Positions 59,882 through 64,000 of a DNA stretch of 64,000 nt are shown here, in pieces. Position numbers and translations under genes: made by a program. The notes beneath the pieces were generated by a model. That model did no database searches. It was given only the letters and a program-made list of their open reading frames with translations, and was not told the origin of the DNA. The stretch covers positions 1,178,001 through 1,242,000 of the forward strand of contig OZ025783.1 of assembly GCA_964019425.1 (NCBI GenBank), written 5' to 3'. How positions within the stretch are numbered: position 1 is the stretch's first letter; every line of letters starts with the position of its first letter. Origin of the DNA: Flectonema sp. DT1601 (Eukaryota).

Positions 59882-60400
59882 CCTTTTAATTATTTTTTAA
59901 AGAAAAAACAATCAGTTTAGCGTCTTGACCAGGACGGAAAATAGAAAGTGATCGACATAGTCGATCGATAAAAAAACAATGATAACATTGTTTATTCTTT
60001 TTTTTTTTTTTTTTTTTTTTTAATCCTTTTTATTATTTTAAAGAAAAAACAATCAGTTTAGCGTCTTGACCAGGACGGAAAATAGAAAGTGATTATTTAT
60101 AAAAAAAAAATGGTCGGTATAGCCGATCGTTGAGAAAAGAACAGATATAAATACAATCGGTTTTGGTGATCGACGAGTGGAGCGATCACTTGACAAGAAG
60201 GAAAAAGAAAGGACCGATTAATTGGGGCTTTGATTGTATTCCCAAGGCATGTTTTTTTTTTTTTTTTTTTTATTATTCATTTACATTATTATTTTTTTTT
60301 TTTTTTTTTAAATTAATAATCACATTTTGTTCAAAAATATTTCATATTAGAGTAAAAGAAAAAGAAAAAAAGAAATAAGAGAAAAAAAAAAAAAAAAAAA

Positions 60401-63400
60401 ACCATTGCTGGCCCCCTCACCACTCATAGAGGATGAGGAGGCCAGTAAGGCGTCACTCAAATCTATGCCAAGCCTTGGGAACTTGGATTGGGGTTTAGAC
60501 CATTTATAATTAACAATTAACAATTAACCTGATTAACGTTATGATCTGACGGACATAAACATATCGATAAAATAATACAAACAAAAACGAACAATAAATA
60601 ATAAATAAGCTAAAAAACTAACTAAACAAAGTGATGTGAAAGTAAGGAAAAAGAGAATTACAAGGGGGTGGAGTCACCGTGAACGTCATCAGCAGAACAT
60701 CTCCTTCGATTGTAACGATATCTTGATGGAGGGGTTCGTTTTTTCAGAGTTGAACGCTCAGACTTTCTCGGCGGAGTTTCATTTTCCTCATGTTCTTCTG
60801 TGTCTGGCGGACTCAAACCTTCTGCCCATGAAGCTAATTGGAACTTCAGGGCCGCAATTTGAGACCGTGCCAAGGCGAGTTGAGCATTTAAATCGCTCGC
60901 CAGTCCCGTTAACATCATGGATTGCTCAAGCTGCTCTGCGTGAGTTGTACACCGTTGGTGATTCAGCTCCGAGAGGCGAAGTTGGGCATCCAGAAGTTGT
61001 TCTGAGAGCTCTGCCGCTTTCTCGTTTGTTTCGAGAGAGTCATCTACTGCTCGACAGTAGTTCTCGAGTAAGTCAATCCTACCCTCGGACCATTGTCTCG
61101 CAATAGGTGTATTCTCTTTAACGGAGATAACGTGACTCTCTTGTCGTAAAATCTTGGTCGGCGTGCGGTCGAGAGCTTCACTCTGCGGCATTGTCGGAGG
61201 AATTGAGGCTAGAGGACAAAGAGGGGTGATATAATTAAGGGTAGGGATAAGGGGTTTAATAAGAGGAGTAAAAAGACTACTCGTAGTTGTAAAGAGCGAG
61301 AGGTAGTTCTTTGCTATCTTCATCATAGCAACAGATTCATACAGAACGGGGGTTCGGGGGGAAACTTGTTGACTAAAGTGGGTCATACGGGGACGCGCGG
61401 CACGCAAACTCTCGACCTCCTGTTGAGTATAGAAAAGTCTTATTTTACTTTCTCTTTCCTCATTACATTTGGTCTCCAATTCGTTCGACAGAAGAACAAA
61501 CCTTTGATGGTAATTAAAGAGCGCCATTTCCGATAGGTCTGCTCTCTGAGTCAGATTTGCGAGCTCACGTTTCCTGTAATCTTCCACTAAGTCATATTGT
61601 CGAACTAGTGCAGAAAGAGAAGTCTTCGATTCATCGCGTTCTGCTGTTAACCGTTGAATTACTCCTTCCAGAAGTTCATATTCTTTTCTATCTTTTTCAA
61701 TAATTAAAACAGGGGGCGCAGGAGGAAGTGAGGATGGATCCTGGTTGGTAGCTTTGATCTCAACAGGTAATCCATTTAGTAACTGCTTGTCTTTCTCGAG
61801 GGAGGCTGACATCGCATTAAAGTAAAATAAAAATAGAACATAAAAAATTCGTTCTTTCATTTGCTCTAATTCGTTTTCTAAAATCTGGCATTTCAAGGAA
61901 AGTTTCAGCCTTAATTTTCCTTCTTTTTTTTTGTACAAGGGGGTTTGAGAACCCATGTCAGATTGAGTTCTTATCACTATAGCGAAATCAGCAGGAAGTG
62001 TTTGCGATCCCGTTGACATGAGTTCAGGTGGGGGAGTCTGGAAAGAGATGGAAGAAATAGAAGAGAATGACAAGGAGAGTCCAGTGAGCTCATCCTCATC
62101 TAACAAAACAGAAGGGGCCGGGGAGGAAGAACCATTGGCAATAAGTAGAATAGAAAGAGCCGATGCGTAACAAGTTTGCCAGATAAAACATTTCTCAAGC
62201 CACGATCTTTCAATGGTGAGCTTTTCGATCGTTTTCAGTTTTGTTACTTTGTGGATTTTGACTTCTTCCACAGGGAAGATTTCTTTACCATCTTTTATAA
62301 AACTTGCAGTGGCAGGTTCTTCTTTAATGCTGCGCATTAGTGGTCTTGAATGCCACGTGGGGAGGTTCCTCGTCTGGAACAGAACATATGAGCACTGTCT
62401 GGCGATTCTGGTGCATTCACAAAATAAAGCTTTTGTTGGTGCTAAAGGTGAACCGATGTGACGTGTCCAGATGTTCAGCTGGTCCATGCAGATGTTTCCT
62501 CGTACGCCAACTTCAATAGTAAAAATGTTACAGTCGAAGCCATTAGCGATGATCGAGTCTCTTAGCTTTAGGTATTTCTTTTCCTTTAAGACATGAGAGG
62601 TTTCGAAACGATCTTCATTTGGACACGTCAGCTCCAGAATCAGTGCTCTTTTCGCAAAAAAAGAATAAATAAAAATGTCTGGTCTTAGAGAGGACGAGAC
62701 ATGGCACACTTCAAGAGGAACAATTAGGCGGTTATCACCGACATCGTCGAGGATGACCCAATCATTCGCTAGTGAAAGTTCGCCTGTCTCTTTAGAAATT
62801 CTTTCTAGGGGTTTATTTTCCCCTGTTTTTAAAAAAGTTTGAGAGGGAGGCGGGAGGTTTTCTTTTCTTTTGTTGGCTTTTATTATCAACTCTTCCAAGA
62901 AGATAACAATGCGTTTTAGAACGCTGTCGTGACGCCACGTGAACCTCCCTTGTGTTAAAGAGACAGGACAGCCTGTTAAGACATGCCTGAGGGTAGGATT
63001 CACTTTGCCACACAAAACACAATTTTGGTCCACATTGGTGATGTTCCACCTCTTTAAATTATCTTGTGAGGGGAGGGTGTTTGTAACCGCTTTCAGTTGA
63101 AATGAGATATAGGCAGGATTTCCCTCCCTAAGTACCTTATTCCAGGTGAAATCGTTTATCATACATTTAGACCACTCCTTCCACTGACCTTGGACTTGTA
63201 ATTTATTCAAAGAGTTCAGTAGTTCATCTGTGGCTTCCACTTCAAAACGCTTAAGGAGATCGGGGCGAGTAGTACGTAGATCGCGCAATCGGTGACCAAG
63301 ACCAGCTGATTGCTTCGCAAGAGAACGGTAAGAAAAAAACTTAATAAGGCGCTCCCACTCAGCAGAAGCTGAAAACTTTTTCGACCAGTTGGACGATTTC

Positions 63401-64000
63401 TCCATAATAACATTGTAGACACCGTGCATGTCAGAGTCCTGTGAGGATCTGAGGATGTCTAGTTTAATTGATTGCGCTTGTTTATATAGCGTCTCAACTC
63501 TTTTGTGTCTGAGACCAACAGTGTTCTTTGAACCGGTAAAAAGGATGACTGTGTTCGCAGAGCGGACAAATCCCCACCATTTCTTCAAAAAAGGTTTAAT
63601 AATTTTGTCCATTTTTTTGGCAAAAGGGAGAGATAAGTCATGGATCATTAAACTCCATGTTAACCTTGACAATAACAAGTGTTGGACAGACCAAGCCTTC
63701 TGAGACCCATATAGTGGCATGGCGTCGACTTTTTTTAAAAAATTCCTGGTAAAAGTGGTCAGGCGCTCTCGCAATTTCTGTTCTTTGGCGTTCGGCTCAA
63801 ACCAACGCCCGAGGTATTTGAACTCTCCAGCTTCCTGGAGATTCGTAATCGGAACATTGTTAATCTTCAGGTCCGGGTTAGCTGGTTTCCCTTGTACAAA
63901 GCTGTGGGCAATGCATTTCTGGGGTTTCGCTTTCATACCACGAGACCAGGAAAGAAACTGTTCGAGCGACTTGATTAGCAATTTTGCCCCCGCCTTTGAT
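60401..64000 (-). mobile_element. RLE-type non-LTR retrotransposon (HERO-like): end of RT, CCHC knuckle, restriction-like endonuclease, long C-terminal extension; 5' part outside window
   Basis: FKYLGRWF, LPSQDNLKRWN, CVLCGK...TLRHVLTGC...GRFTWRHDSVL, LRPDI...ILELTCPNE...KEKKY, IEVGVRG. The ORF continues about 550 aa to the stop at 60658. Confidence 0.88.

Overview
Eukaryotic DNA, most likely euglenozoan and probably diplonemid-like. This is inferred from kinetoplastid-style Hsp70 and LSU rRNA sequence, same-strand gene clustering, short GT-AG introns and single-hairpin AGA-box RNAs. The left half (1-30.3 kb) is a gene cluster entirely on the minus strand: RCC1-like repeat protein, Pex14N-cytochrome b5 fusion, EF-hand/WD40 protein, Spinster-like MFS, pseudo dual-specificity phosphatase, lid-less Hsp70, double pseudo-prolyl-4-hydroxylase, PPR-like protein, HemK2, GH18 chitinase and a parvulin-thioredoxin fusion. 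It also holds a 3.1-kb tandem array that I read as a snoRNA cluster (4 C/D-box copies with a guide to LSU rRNA, 14 AGA-box H/ACA hairpins). The right half (30.8-64 kb) has no host genes and is a nest of repeats and transposons: a tyrosine-recombinase remnant, a hAT-like remnant, an OTU-protease-bearing CRE-type retrotransposon, a HERO-like RLE retrotransposon with a ~550-aa tail, hairpin-rich satellites in large inverted arrangements, a 1.38-kb tandem repeat, a TA-flanked TIR element, and a 1.3-kb Mutator-like element (TIRs, 9-bp TSD). That last element carries an LSU rDNA fragment starting at the R2/I-PpoI site, scrambled rDNA pieces and a tRNA-like Pol III head. All calls come from reading motifs by eye; no searches were run. 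The large palindromes could partly be assembly or amplification artefacts.
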